Shown piece by piece: positions 19,060-27,577 of a stretch of 64,000 nt of DNA. Source of the stretch: Bacillota bacterium. GTDB lineage: Bacteria > Bacillota > Clostridia > Christensenellales > Aristaeellaceae. Made by a program: the position numbers and the translations under genes. The stretch is taken from the NCBI GenBank assembly GCA_023415145.1, contig JAEZLW010000175.1, positions 3,766-67,765 on the forward strand, in the 5' to 3' direction. Each line of letters begins with the position of its first letter. Position 1 is the stretch's first letter. The notes under the pieces were generated by a model. That model made no database searches and was not told where the DNA came from. It saw only the letters and a program-made list of their open reading frames with translations.

Positions 19060-19141
19060 TTTTTATGACCGTAAAGCCAATCTGATTCTCAATGGCTTTG
19101 GAATCATGAATGTTTCTCATTGGTATCAGGTTCACCGGCTT

Positions 19142-19399
19142 CTAGCAGCAGCAGGGTTCCGGATATTGACATTCACAGGGGGCCTGCCTCAAACATAAGC
19201 ATGTTTCAAAACAGGAATCCTCCCAGAGATCAAAGCAGGAGTCTTCGAAGCAATATCCGTATGGGTCTGCGTAGGGATACTCATAGGTCATTTGATAGGA
19301 GTCTGCATAGGCATCCGCGTATTGATCTTCATAGGCGTTATATGCGGAAGCGTAATATAGGTCTTGAGGATAGGCATAACCAACATAACCATACATCAT
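19142..19399 (-). CDS. 85-aa acidic Tyr/Cys-rich protein (candidate spore coat/exosporium component)
   Basis: RBS AAAGGAGGA lies 4 nt before ATGATG. MMYGYVGYAYPQDLYY...CFEDSCFDLWEDSCFETCLCLRQAPCECQYPEPCCC has 17 Tyr, 10 Cys, no Lys and a single Arg (counted by hand). Confidence 0.5.
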   Translation of the reverse strand: MMYGYVGYAYPQDLYYASAYNAYEDQYADAYADSYQMTYEYPYADPYGYCFEDSCFDLWEDSCFETCLCLRQAPCECQYPEPCCC

Positions 19400-19526
19400 G
19401 GGTTCCTCCTTTGCAATATGGGCGCCCATTTTTAAGTATATGTTACGGAAAAGGGATGGTGTGGCAAGCAGTTGAACCAAATGAACTGGAGTATGGCAGG
19501 TTTGCTTTGACAAAAGTGGACCCGCG

Positions 19527-20162
19527 CTATATTTCATTGGCCTGTCCGGATTTTTTTAGGAAAAGGTCTATGTTCTTTTCTTCGGCGGCTCTGTCCATGC
19601 CAAGCCTGCCTAGCCGGTCACACAGTCCAAGAAGTGCAATTTCACCAATATCTCCCTGGGCTTTCATGGCTTTTGCATCGCCGTATGGCAAATCACGTAC
19701 GACATACAGAATATGCATGTGAAACAATATCAGGGAGCATACCCGGTCAATGAACGGATGATCCCCTGTAAACAAAGACAAAAAATCCCTTGCCAATCTG
19801 GCGCCTACCTTGTCATGATCGTAGGATGTAATTTTGCCTTTTCTAGTTTTCGTCGTTGCAGGCTTACCGATATCATGCAGCAATGCGGCCCACATGAAGG
19901 CTCTTGCATCATTGCTGTGATTCCTCCGCTTCGCAGCCTCGTCAACAACAAGCATGGTATGATTCCAAACGCTTCCTTCCGGATGATGCAGGGGTGACTG
20001 CTTTGCAGCTTTCAGGTCTAGTAATAGGCGGAAGGGGTATTCATGAAAATTCTGCCCGGCGGATTCACTTTCAATGAATACCGACGGCCGGCCGTCACTT
20101 AACAGATGATAATCTGTTGTGTCAAACAGTGGTTGCATAGCATGCATATTCGTGCTGTGCAT
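19527..20162 (-). CDS. HD-domain phosphohydrolase
   Basis: HHPEGSVWNHTMLV and LLHDIGKP are HD-superfamily motifs resembling the CCA-enzyme/cyclic-phosphodiesterase HD domain. The start is uncertain: candidates are 20162, 20147 and 20138, and none has a clear RBS. Confidence 0.65.
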   Translation of the reverse strand: MHSTNMHAMQPLFDTTDYHLLSDGRPSVFIESESAGQNFHEYPFRLLLDLKAAKQSPLHHPEGSVWNHTMLVVDEAAKRRNHSNDARAFMWAALLHDIGKPATTKTRKGKITSYDHDKVGARLARDFLSLFTGDHPFIDRVCSLILFHMHILYVVRDLPYGDAKAMKAQGDIGEIALLGLCDRLGRLGMDRAAEEKNIDLFLKKSGQANEI

Positions 20163-20470
20163 CTGGCAGGGAAAAGGCCAGTTGCAGCGCTCCTTTCTTT
20201 CATTTGCAGGGTTTTTACGCTGAGTCTGCCAACACCTATTCTGTCCAGACACACCCGCATTATAAGGCGGGATGAAGGGTGTATTTGCCTCAGGAGGTTC
20301 ATGCCAACCCAACAAGAAATTGGCAGGCGGACAGACGGTAAATCTGTAAAGCGCTGGGCATAACAAAGGTGGTAACAATTCCAAATAGAATCAGGGGAAC
20401 CAGGCGCAGGCATAATGCGTTCTAATTGCATGAGCCTATATTTATGTTATCATTTGAACTGAGGTGCTCC

Positions 20471-22204
20471 ATGAAAAAAATTACTGTATGGATGTTGATT
20501 GGTGTTTTGCTTCTGGGCATGGTTTACGCACTGGCCGAAAGCAGCACGGTGGCCACACAGGCGCCTATAAAAACGCAAGCGCTGGCACCGGGTGACGAGG
20601 GGGAGCAGGTGAGCCGTTTGCAAAAACGCCTTGCCGGGCTTTGCTATTTCAGCGGCGACGCAAACGGGAAGTATCAGGAAAGCACACAGCAGGCCGTACT
20701 TGAATTTCAAAAGGATTACGGTCTTGACGCCACAGGGATTGCCGACGAAAAAACCCAGTCCGCGCTGTATGAGGCAGAATACCGGCCTTTGGAAAAAGGC
20801 GATTCCGGGAACGATGTGAAGGCGCTGCAAGCAAGGCTGCATGAGCTTGAATATTACAATGGAAAAATTAGCGGCAATTATTTGGATGGTTCCCACTACG
20901 CCATTTCGGACTTCCAAAGTAAAAACGGGCTCTTTGTTACCGGAAAAGCCGATGTGAAAACCCAGGAGCTGCTCTTTGACGCAAGCCGGGCGCTGTCCAA
21001 AACGGCACAGGCTACTCCCGTAAAGGCGGCAGATGCCACTCCTACGCCATCCCCCGTGCCTACCCCTTCTCAAAGCCCGCTTGCAAGTACTGTCGAGCCG
21101 GTGAACGTTACTCCTACCCCTAATCCGACTGCTATCGCTTATGAGAAGCGTCTGCAGAGGGGCTCCAAGGGCGAGTATGTGGAGATGCTGCAGGCCAGGC
21201 TTTTTGAGCTTGGGTATTATATGGATGAAGTGACCGGCAGCTACACAAATGAGACAAGGGAAGCTGTGATCGCATTCCAGAAGAACAACAGCCTTCCGGC
21301 GGATGGCATAACCGGTGAAAAGACATGGAACATGCTGTTCAATAACCAGGATATGCTGGATGCATTGGCCACACCCAGGCCAACGCCCGTGCCGACGCCT
21401 GTACCCTATGCCATCACCATTGATGTGACAAACCAGGTGGTCACAGCTTATGGCCTGGATGAAAACAATGAATATACCCAAGTGGTCCGGCAGATGATCT
21501 GCTCTACCGGCACCAGGGCAACGCCCAGCGACATAGGCAGCTGGAAGCTTGGCGCGGGCCGGTCCCGCTTTCCGCTGTTTCCCAAGTACAACGTGTACGT
21601 GCAATACTGGACGCCTATTGCCAACGGCATTGGCTTCCATTCCGTAATCTACAATACAAAAAACACCAAGGACCTGATGGTAGGCTCCTACCGGCAGTTG
21701 GGCACCCGTGCATCCCACGGCTGCATACGGCTTTTGGTGGACGATGCCAAGTGGATTTATGAAAACGCAGGCAAAGGCACAGTTGTCACCATTACAGACA
21801 AATTGCCTTCCGATCCGGAGCTTACCCAGTCGCTGAAACCGGCAGCGCTGAACACAAGCAGTATGCTGCCAAAGGTTACCCCGGCGCCTACCGTGCCTCC
21901 CGTATACGACGGTACATTGCCGCCGCCTCAGCCTTTCCGTTCCTTGAACAAAGGCGACAAGGGGGAGGATGTATACTGGCTGCAAATGAAGCTGAAGGAG
22001 CTGGGCTACTATACCGGTACCGTTACCGGCGGCTATTATGGCGGCACGCAAAAGGCTGTGAAGGCTTATCAAAAGGACAATGGCCTGACGGCGGACGGCG
22101 TTGCCGGCGTCAAAACGCAGAAGTTGCTCTATGCCAATGTGTTGCCAACGCCTGTGCCTGAGGCACTGTCTACACCTTCCCCCGAGCCTGTGGCTGCGCG
22201 GTAG
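20471..22204 (+). CDS. L,D-transpeptidase (YkuD domain) with four PG_binding_1 repeats
   Basis: Signal peptide MKKITVWMLIGVLLLGMVYA. Four repeats of the G-x-x-V-x-x-LQ-x-x-L...G-x-Y-x-x-x-T-x-x-AV-x-x-FQ type. Catalytic motif GTRASHGCIRL. Pro/Thr-rich linkers. Confidence 0.85.
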   Translation: MKKITVWMLIGVLLLGMVYALAESSTVATQAPIKTQALAPGDEGEQVSRLQKRLAGLCYFSGDANGKYQESTQQAVLEFQKDYGLDATGIADEKTQSALYEAEYRPLEKGDSGNDVKALQARLHELEYYNGKISGNYLDGSHYAISDFQSKNGLFVTGKADVKTQELLFDASRALSKTAQATPVKAADATPTPSPVPTPSQSPLASTVEPVNVTPTPNPTAIAYEKRLQRGSKGEYVEMLQARLFELGYYMDEVTGSYTNETREAVIAFQKNNSLPADGITGEKTWNMLFNNQDMLDALATPRPTPVPTPVPYAITIDVTNQVVTAYGLDENNEYTQVVRQMICSTGTRATPSDIGSWKLGAGRSRFPLFPKYNVYVQYWTPIANGIGFHSVIYNTKNTKDLMVGSYRQLGTRASHGCIRLLVDDAKWIYENAGKGTVVTITDKLPSDPELTQSLKPAALNTSSMLPKVTPAPTVPPVYDGTLPPPQPFRSLNKGDKGEDVYWLQMKLKELGYYTGTVTGGYYGGTQKAVKAYQKDNGLTADGVAGVKTQKLLYANVLPTPVPEALSTPSPEPVAAR

Positions 22205-22320
22205 AGGAGTGCAACCTTCGACAGCATTGGACGCCATTTGTAAAAATACCGGATAGGCTATTGTGGTTGGCCCCAAAGTGAGGTATGCTGATTGGGCACT
22301 TTGCAAGGAGGTACAATCGC

Positions 22321-22551
22321 ATGGAAGAAAACAAAAGGCTCACCATTGAAGAAATGATGGAAGGCAAACAAAAGACTCAGCATGACCGCAAGGGCTGGGT
22401 GGGCTTTGTGGAAAGCGACGTCGTGACTTTTATGACACAGTACGACCTGGAGAAAATGACCATCGACGACGGCCAGGGCAACAAGGCCAAGCTTACGCGC
22501 CGCAAGGACAACAGCGTGTTTGTGGAGTGTACATCTTCCAATGTATTATGA
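22321..22551 (+). CDS. hypothetical 76-aa protein
   Basis: RBS AAGGAGG lies 9 nt upstream of the ATG. No family recognised. Confidence 0.4.
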   Translation: MEENKRLTIEEMMEGKQKTQHDRKGWVGFVESDVVTFMTQYDLEKMTIDDGQGNKAKLTRRKDNSVFVECTSSNVL

Positions 22552-22589
22552 GACTGTTTCATATCCTTTGACCGGGATGGGACACTGGT

Positions 22590-22660
22590 TTCCTCCCCTT
22601 TGAGGTTTTTCAGGGATGGGTACGGGAAGGGCGCTTTTTCAAAAAGCGCCCTTCCCGCTC
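22590..22660. repeat. palindromic hairpin module H2
   Basis: 12-bp stem CGGGAAGGGCGC / GCGCCCTTCCCG (22623-22657) around TTTTTCAAAAA. It is preceded by CCCCTTTGAGG and TTTTCAGGGATGGGTACGGG, which are shared with R1 and H1. Lies between convergent genes. Confidence 0.7.
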
Positions 22661-22678
22661 ATTATCTATCCATATCCC

Positions 22679-23575
22679 TTACAGTCCGGTCTTTTCGTGG
22701 ATGTAGCGGCGTGCCTTCACGGCATATTCGTAGGGGTTGGCGCGTGCAGGATCCTGCTCGGCTTCCACCACCACCCAGCCCTCGTAAGCCTCTTGTTCCA
22801 GTACATCAAAGATGGGGGCAAAGTCCACATCCCCATCTCCCGGCACGGTGAACACGCCGGCGCGGACGGCGTTTAGGAAACTCCAGCCTTCCTTCTCCGC
22901 CTGCGCGCGGACACTCTGGCGTACATCCTTTAAATGCACGTGGCGGATGCGGCGTATGTACTTTTTCAGGATGGGCATGGGATCGATGCCCGCGAATGTC
23001 AGATGGCCGGAGTCAAACAGCAGATAGACCAGATCAGGATCGGTCATGGACATGAGGGTGTCGATTTCCTCGGCTGTCTGGATGCCGGTGCCCATGTGGT
23101 GGTGGATGGTCAGTGTCATGCCCGCATCACGGGCCAGGCGGCCCAGTTTGTTGTATCCTTCGGAAACAGCCTTCCATTGCTCGCTGGAATACACAGGCTT
23201 ATCCGGCCCGAAGATGTTCAGCGGCTTGCCCTGGATGGAATTGCCCTGCTCACTGGCGCCGATGATTTTTGCGCCCAGGGCATTGAGGCGGTCACGGTGG
23301 GCGATGAAAGCATCCTCCGTCACTTTATAAGGCTCGGAAGTAAACAGGCTGGAAAACCAGGCGTTGCAAATTTTTAGTCCGCGTACGTCCAAGTAGTGCT
23401 TCAAAACTGCCGGGTCCTTGGGATACTTGTTGCCGATTTCGCTGCCGGTGAAGCCGGCCAGCGCCATTTCACTGATGCATTGCTCGAATGTGTTCTCGCC
23501 CCCCAGATCGGGCAGATCGTCGTTGGTCCAGCCGATGGGCGCGATGGCCAGCCTGACTTTTTTAGGATCCAGCAT
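22679..23575 (-). CDS. iolE: inosose dehydratase
   Basis: AIAPIGWTNDDLPDLGG matches the IolE N-terminus; xylose-isomerase-like TIM barrel. Sits in the iol operon context. Confidence 0.9.
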   Translation of the reverse strand: MLDPKKVRLAIAPIGWTNDDLPDLGGENTFEQCISEMALAGFTGSEIGNKYPKDPAVLKHYLDVRGLKICNAWFSSLFTSEPYKVTEDAFIAHRDRLNALGAKIIGASEQGNSIQGKPLNIFGPDKPVYSSEQWKAVSEGYNKLGRLARDAGMTLTIHHHMGTGIQTAEEIDTLMSMTDPDLVYLLFDSGHLTFAGIDPMPILKKYIRRIRHVHLKDVRQSVRAQAEKEGWSFLNAVRAGVFTVPGDGDVDFAPIFDVLEQEAYEGWVVVEAEQDPARANPYEYAVKARRYIHEKTGL

Positions 23576-23599
23576 GGTGATACCCCTTTCGTCCTTCCC

Positions 23600-25453
23600 T
23601 TATATGTCTCTCACTTTTTTCACTTGCTCCTGCATGGCCGTGTAAGCTGCCTGCACCCGCTCCTGGGTGGATACTTCCGCCACGCCGACCCGCCACCAGC
23701 CTTCAAAGCCGGGGGTCATGCTGCCGGGAAGCACCTTGATGTCGTACAGGACAGGCTTCGCCTGTCTCTTTCCATCCTCCAGCGCGGCGCGAAGCTCCTG
23801 CACCGTTCTTACGGTGTAGGCCTTCAAGCCGTAGCCTTCGGCGTTTTTGGCAAAATCCATCTGCATGACGGGGCCGGTAAGTTCCCCGGTCTTTTCGTCC
23901 CGGTAGCGGAACACCGTGCCGAAGGTGTCGTTGCCTTGATTGTTTTGCAGGTTTTCAATGCAACCCCAGCCGGAGTTATCAAACAGGCAGAAGTGGACTT
24001 TGATACCCTCCTGCAAGGCGGTGACCATTTCACTGTGAGCCATCAGGTATGTACCGTCCCCAAAGAAGGCATATACCTCTTTGTCCGGGCAGGCCAGCTT
24101 GACGCCTACCGCGCCGTTTATTTCGTACCCCATGTTGGAAAAGCCGTACTCCATGTGGTAGGTGCAGGGATCGCCAGACCGCCACAGCCGCTGCATATCT
24201 CCTGGCAGGCTGCCGGCAGACCCGACCGCAATGTCGGAGGCCGCCATGAAGCGGTTGATTTCTCCCAGTGCGCGGGTCTGGGAAAGGCCTTCAGGCAGGT
24301 CTTGATCGTAGAAGCCGTCAACGATGGTGTCCCAATCAGCTTTGGCTTGTGCGATATCCTTGCCAAAGGCGGTTTGATAGTCCGAGAGCGTTTCCGTCAA
24401 GGAAACAAGTGCTTCCCTGGCGTCGGCAATGATGGGCTCGCCGTTCATTTTCACCGCGTCAAAGGGGCAGATGTTGATGGAGAGAACCTGGGTATTTTCG
24501 GGGAAAAGCCATTTGGAGCAGGTAGTGAAATCCGTAAGCCGGGTGCCCACGGCAAGGATCAGGTCTGCCGTTTTGGCGATGACGTTGGCGGCTTTTCCGC
24601 CGGTGACGCCGATGCCGCCCAGGTTGAGTCGATGGTTCCAGGGCAGCACGCCTTTGCCCGCCTGGGTTTCGCAAAAGGGGATGTCCGACTGTTCACAGAA
24701 GGTTTGCAGCGCTTTTCCAGCCTCGCTGTAGCGCACTCCGCCGCCGCATATGACCAGAGGGCGCTTGGCGTTTTTGATCAAACCAATTACGCGGTCAAGC
24801 TGCGAATGGGTCAAAGGCCGCCGGTCCATGTGCCAGACGCGGCGCTTAAAAAACTCCACAGGGTAATCGTAGGCCTCGCCCTCCACATCCTGGGGCATGG
24901 CCAGGCATACCGCGCCTGTATCGGCTGGGTCTGTTAATACCCGCATGGCGTGAATCGCGGCGGTCATGAGTTGCTCCGGGCGCTGGATGCGGTCCCAGTA
25001 ATGGCAAACGCTTTTGAATGCGTCGGTGACGGTTGTGGCGAAGCTGTCAAAAAACTCCGCCTGCTGCAACACCGGGTCCGGCTGCCGGCTGGCGAAGGTA
25101 TCGCCGGGCAAAAGCAGCAGGGGAATGCGGTTGGCGGTGGCACAGCCGGCAGCGGTCACCATGTTCATGGCGCCGGGGCCGATGCTGGAAACACAGGGGA
25201 TGATTTCCCGGCGGTTTTTTTGTTTGGCGAAGGCCATGGCGGCAAGGGCCATGTTCTGCTCGTTCTTGCCCTGCAAAAAGCGGATGTGATGGCCGCCCTG
25301 GGTAAGGGCCTGGCCCACGCCCACCACGCAGCCGTGACCGAACACACCAAAAATGTTATTTACGAATCTTAATTCCACGCCGTCCATTTCTACGTATTGC
25401 TGATCCAAAAAGCGTACCAGGGCTTGGGCCATGGTCAGGCGGATGCGTTCCAC
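23600..25453 (-). CDS. iolD: 3D-(3,5/4)-trihydroxycyclohexane-1,2-dione acylhydrolase (TPP enzyme)
   Basis: GTG start, with IRLTMAQALVRFLDQQYV (IolD-like N-terminus). TPP-binding GDGTYLM...N motif. 617 aa. Confidence 0.92.
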   Translation of the reverse strand: MERIRLTMAQALVRFLDQQYVEMDGVELRFVNNIFGVFGHGCVVGVGQALTQGGHHIRFLQGKNEQNMALAAMAFAKQKNRREIIPCVSSIGPGAMNMVTAAGCATANRIPLLLLPGDTFASRQPDPVLQQAEFFDSFATTVTDAFKSVCHYWDRIQRPEQLMTAAIHAMRVLTDPADTGAVCLAMPQDVEGEAYDYPVEFFKRRVWHMDRRPLTHSQLDRVIGLIKNAKRPLVICGGGVRYSEAGKALQTFCEQSDIPFCETQAGKGVLPWNHRLNLGGIGVTGGKAANVIAKTADLILAVGTRLTDFTTCSKWLFPENTQVLSINICPFDAVKMNGEPIIADAREALVSLTETLSDYQTAFGKDIAQAKADWDTIVDGFYDQDLPEGLSQTRALGEINRFMAASDIAVGSAGSLPGDMQRLWRSGDPCTYHMEYGFSNMGYEINGAVGVKLACPDKEVYAFFGDGTYLMAHSEMVTALQEGIKVHFCLFDNSGWGCIENLQNNQGNDTFGTVFRYRDEKTGELTGPVMQMDFAKNAEGYGLKAYTVRTVQELRAALEDGKRQAKPVLYDIKVLPGSMTPGFEGWWRVGVAEVSTQERVQAAYTAMQEQVKKVRDI

Positions 25454-26260
25454 TTATTCTTCCTTCCTTCCGGGCCAGTATGTTGCGTCCTTTTCCTGCA
25501 CCCACACATGCTCAGGAACGAAGGTGGGGGTGATGTAGGGAGCGCCATCCAGGTGGCGGATCACAAACAGGTACCACAAGGCGTATCCCGGCGGGGTGCA
25601 GTGGGGATGGGTGAGCCCCGGCCGGATGAACACCGTGTCACTGTCGTGAACCTTTAACACATCCTCACCCAGTTCCGCGTAGGCAAAGCCGTTTTTTGGA
25701 TTGGATTTGTAGTAGTAGATTTCCGGCTGGGGATGGTGGTGGGGCGGATAGCTGGACCACTTGCCGGGGAAGCCGATGACTTCACCCAGCACCAGGTTCG
25801 ACAGTGGCGCATTGCGTTTGTCAAACACCGTGCGCACGATGCGTGTGGAGGTTTCATTCATCAGCCCCGCGCCGCGGTATTCGTCTGCCGTATCCTTGGG
25901 GAAATACCATTCCGTGGGGAAGGGCGTTTCGTTATCGGTGCGCATCACGCAGATTTCGCTGTCGCAGCTTAAGCCGCGGATGGAAACGGCTGTATTGCGG
26001 TCTGCATGCAGCACATAAGGCCCCATGTCAAAGCAGTTGCCGCGGGAGAATACCTTTTCTGCTTGCCCTGCGGTGATTGCAATTTCTCCGTATACCAGCA
26101 GGTAGGCTTTTTCCAGGGGCCGGTCATCTTCAAACGTCTGCCCTTGTTTCAGCCGCAGCACGCCAAAATCCATGGCCATATCTCCGTGGATACCGCCTAA
26201 TGCGCTCATCTGGGTGTAACCGAAGGCATGGGGGCCGTTCGCTCTACGGATGTCAGACAT
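25454..26260 (-). CDS. iolB: 5-deoxy-glucuronate isomerase
   Basis: KduI/IolB cupin with GKWSSYPPHHHPQPEIYYY. Its stop abuts the iolD start. Confidence 0.9.
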   Translation of the reverse strand: MSDIRRANGPHAFGYTQMSALGGIHGDMAMDFGVLRLKQGQTFEDDRPLEKAYLLVYGEIAITAGQAEKVFSRGNCFDMGPYVLHADRNTAVSIRGLSCDSEICVMRTDNETPFPTEWYFPKDTADEYRGAGLMNETSTRIVRTVFDKRNAPLSNLVLGEVIGFPGKWSSYPPHHHPQPEIYYYKSNPKNGFAYAELGEDVLKVHDSDTVFIRPGLTHPHCTPPGYALWYLFVIRHLDGAPYITPTFVPEHVWVQEKDATYWPGRKEE

Positions 26261-27281
26261 GGGCGGCCTCCAGTATTTCCTTTACGGTGACGGGGCGGTG
26301 CTCCAGCCAGGACTTTTTCGCGGCCATGGCCAGCACCACCGGGGACAATGCGTCATCCACGGTCACAGGCACGGGGGTATCGTTCACGATGGCGGCGATG
26401 AAAGCCTTCATTTCCTTGATAAAGGAGCCCATGTACCGCTCCAGGAAGAAGTATTGGGGCTTGTCGGATTGGACACCTTCGGCGGTGCTTAAGCGCACGG
26501 TGGTATCGCCGTCGTTCTCCCCGGCGGCCATGCCAAGAGCCCCAAAGACTTCCACCCGCTGGTCGTAGCCGTAGGCGGCGCGGCGGCTGTTGTCGATCAC
26601 GCCAAGGGCGCCATTTTCAAACTTCAAAAGCACGATGGCGGTATCCACATCCCCTGCGCGGCCGATGGCGGAGTCCACCAGCACGGCACCCTGGGTATAT
26701 ACTTCGGTAACGGGGCTTCCGGCCTGGAACTGTGCCATGTCAAAGTCGTGGATCATCATGTCGATGAACAAGCCGCCGCTGGATGCAGCGTATTCGGCGG
26801 ACGGAGGCTGGGGGTCGCGGGAGGTGATTTTCACGATCTCCACCTTGCCAAGCCTTCCGGAAGAGGCAAGCTCCTGCACCCGGCCATGGTTGTGGTCAAA
26901 TCGGCGGTTGAAACCGATCTGCATTTTTACGCCATTGTCCTCGGCAGCGCACTTGGCGGCCAGGATTTTTTCGATGGTCAAGTCTACCGGCTTTTCGCAG
27001 AAGATGTGCTTTTTCGCCTTGGCGGCGGCAATAGAAATGTCCGCATGGGTGGTAGTTGGGGAGCAGACCAGCACCGCATCGATGGCAGGGTTTTCCAGAA
27101 TGTCCTCATAGCGGGAGGTGAAGGCGGGAATGCCAAGCCTTGTAGCCAAGGCGGATGCCTTGGCGATGTCCACATCGCTGACCATTAAAACCTCGGCCTC
27201 CGGGATGTGGTAGGTAATGGATTCGCCGTGAACGTTGCCGATGCGCCCCGCGCCTACGATGCCGATCTGAAGCTTTTTCAA
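26253..27281 (-). CDS. iolG: myo-inositol 2-dehydrogenase (Gfo/Idh/MocA)
   Basis: KKLQIGIVGAGRIGNVH and FCEKP motifs. TTG start at 27281 lies 7 nt after AAAGGAG; the ORF-track start at 27299 contains the RBS itself. 8-nt overlap with iolB. Confidence 0.85.
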   Translation of the reverse strand: MKKLQIGIVGAGRIGNVHGESITYHIPEAEVLMVSDVDIAKASALATRLGIPAFTSRYEDILENPAIDAVLVCSPTTTHADISIAAAKAKKHIFCEKPVDLTIEKILAAKCAAEDNGVKMQIGFNRRFDHNHGRVQELASSGRLGKVEIVKITSRDPQPPSAEYAASSGGLFIDMMIHDFDMAQFQAGSPVTEVYTQGAVLVDSAIGRAGDVDTAIVLLKFENGALGVIDNSRRAAYGYDQRVEVFGALGMAAGENDGDTTVRLSTAEGVQSDKPQYFFLERYMGSFIKEMKAFIAAIVNDTPVPVTVDDALSPVVLAMAAKKSWLEHRPVTVKEILEAAHV

Positions 27282-27357
27282 AGGAAAGACTCCTTTCAAA
27301 ATAATGATCTATGGGTTGGGGAACAAGGTACAGACAAATTTGCGGGTGTGATAACCG

Positions 27358-27386
27358 ATCATAAAATACGAATTCGTGATATTCAA
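27358..27386 (-). promoter_or_regulatory. candidate internal sigma-A promoter for iolG-B-D-E, with palindrome ACGAATTCGT in the spacer
   Basis: Minus strand has TTGAAT (27386-81), a 17-nt spacer and TATGAT (27363-58). It lies about 75 nt upstream of the iolG start. Confidence 0.45.
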
Positions 27387-27432
27387 ATGTTTTTCCAGTA
27401 TATAAGGGATTCTCAAGGGATGAAATTCCGCA

Positions 27433-27577
27433 AGCTCAATCGTCGCACTGGTTCGCTGCCGCTCCCATCGCACGTTTCGCTTGATTCATCCGCCCTGTCC
27501 TTTTCCGCCACTGGCGGGGGCAGAGCTCCTTCACCTTTCGCGGTGGGGTTCGGGGAGGCAGAGCCCCCATGACGTCC
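27433..27577. repeat. intergenic composite repeat, copy R4 (between iolA and iolG)
   Basis: GCTCAATCGTCGCACTGGTTCGCTGCCGCTC...TTTCGCT...CATCCGCC...CCGCCACTGGCGG...GGGGTTCGGGGAGGCAGAGCCCCC. Ends 9 nt from the iolA stop codon. Confidence 0.7.

Noticed and set aside
18862-19068. 68-aa plus-strand ORF in the degV / Tyr-Cys-ORF spacer
   Set aside because: It has no RBS and lies across a terminator hairpin and the promoter region of degV. It is probably non-coding.
19142-19399. Tyr/Cys-rich ORF as a RiPP (lanthipeptide, sactipeptide or ranthipeptide) precursor
   Set aside because: No radical-SAM enzyme, LanM/LanB, cyclodehydratase, peptidase or exporter gene is nearby. A structural (spore-surface) role is more parsimonious.
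20450-22306. 618-aa antisense ORF covering the whole L,D-transpeptidase gene
   Set aside because: This is a shadow ORF of a GC-rich gene. Its composition is implausible (Arg/Gly/His/Cys/Gln-rich, no motifs) and it has no RBS. The plus-strand product has clear PG_binding and YkuD motifs.
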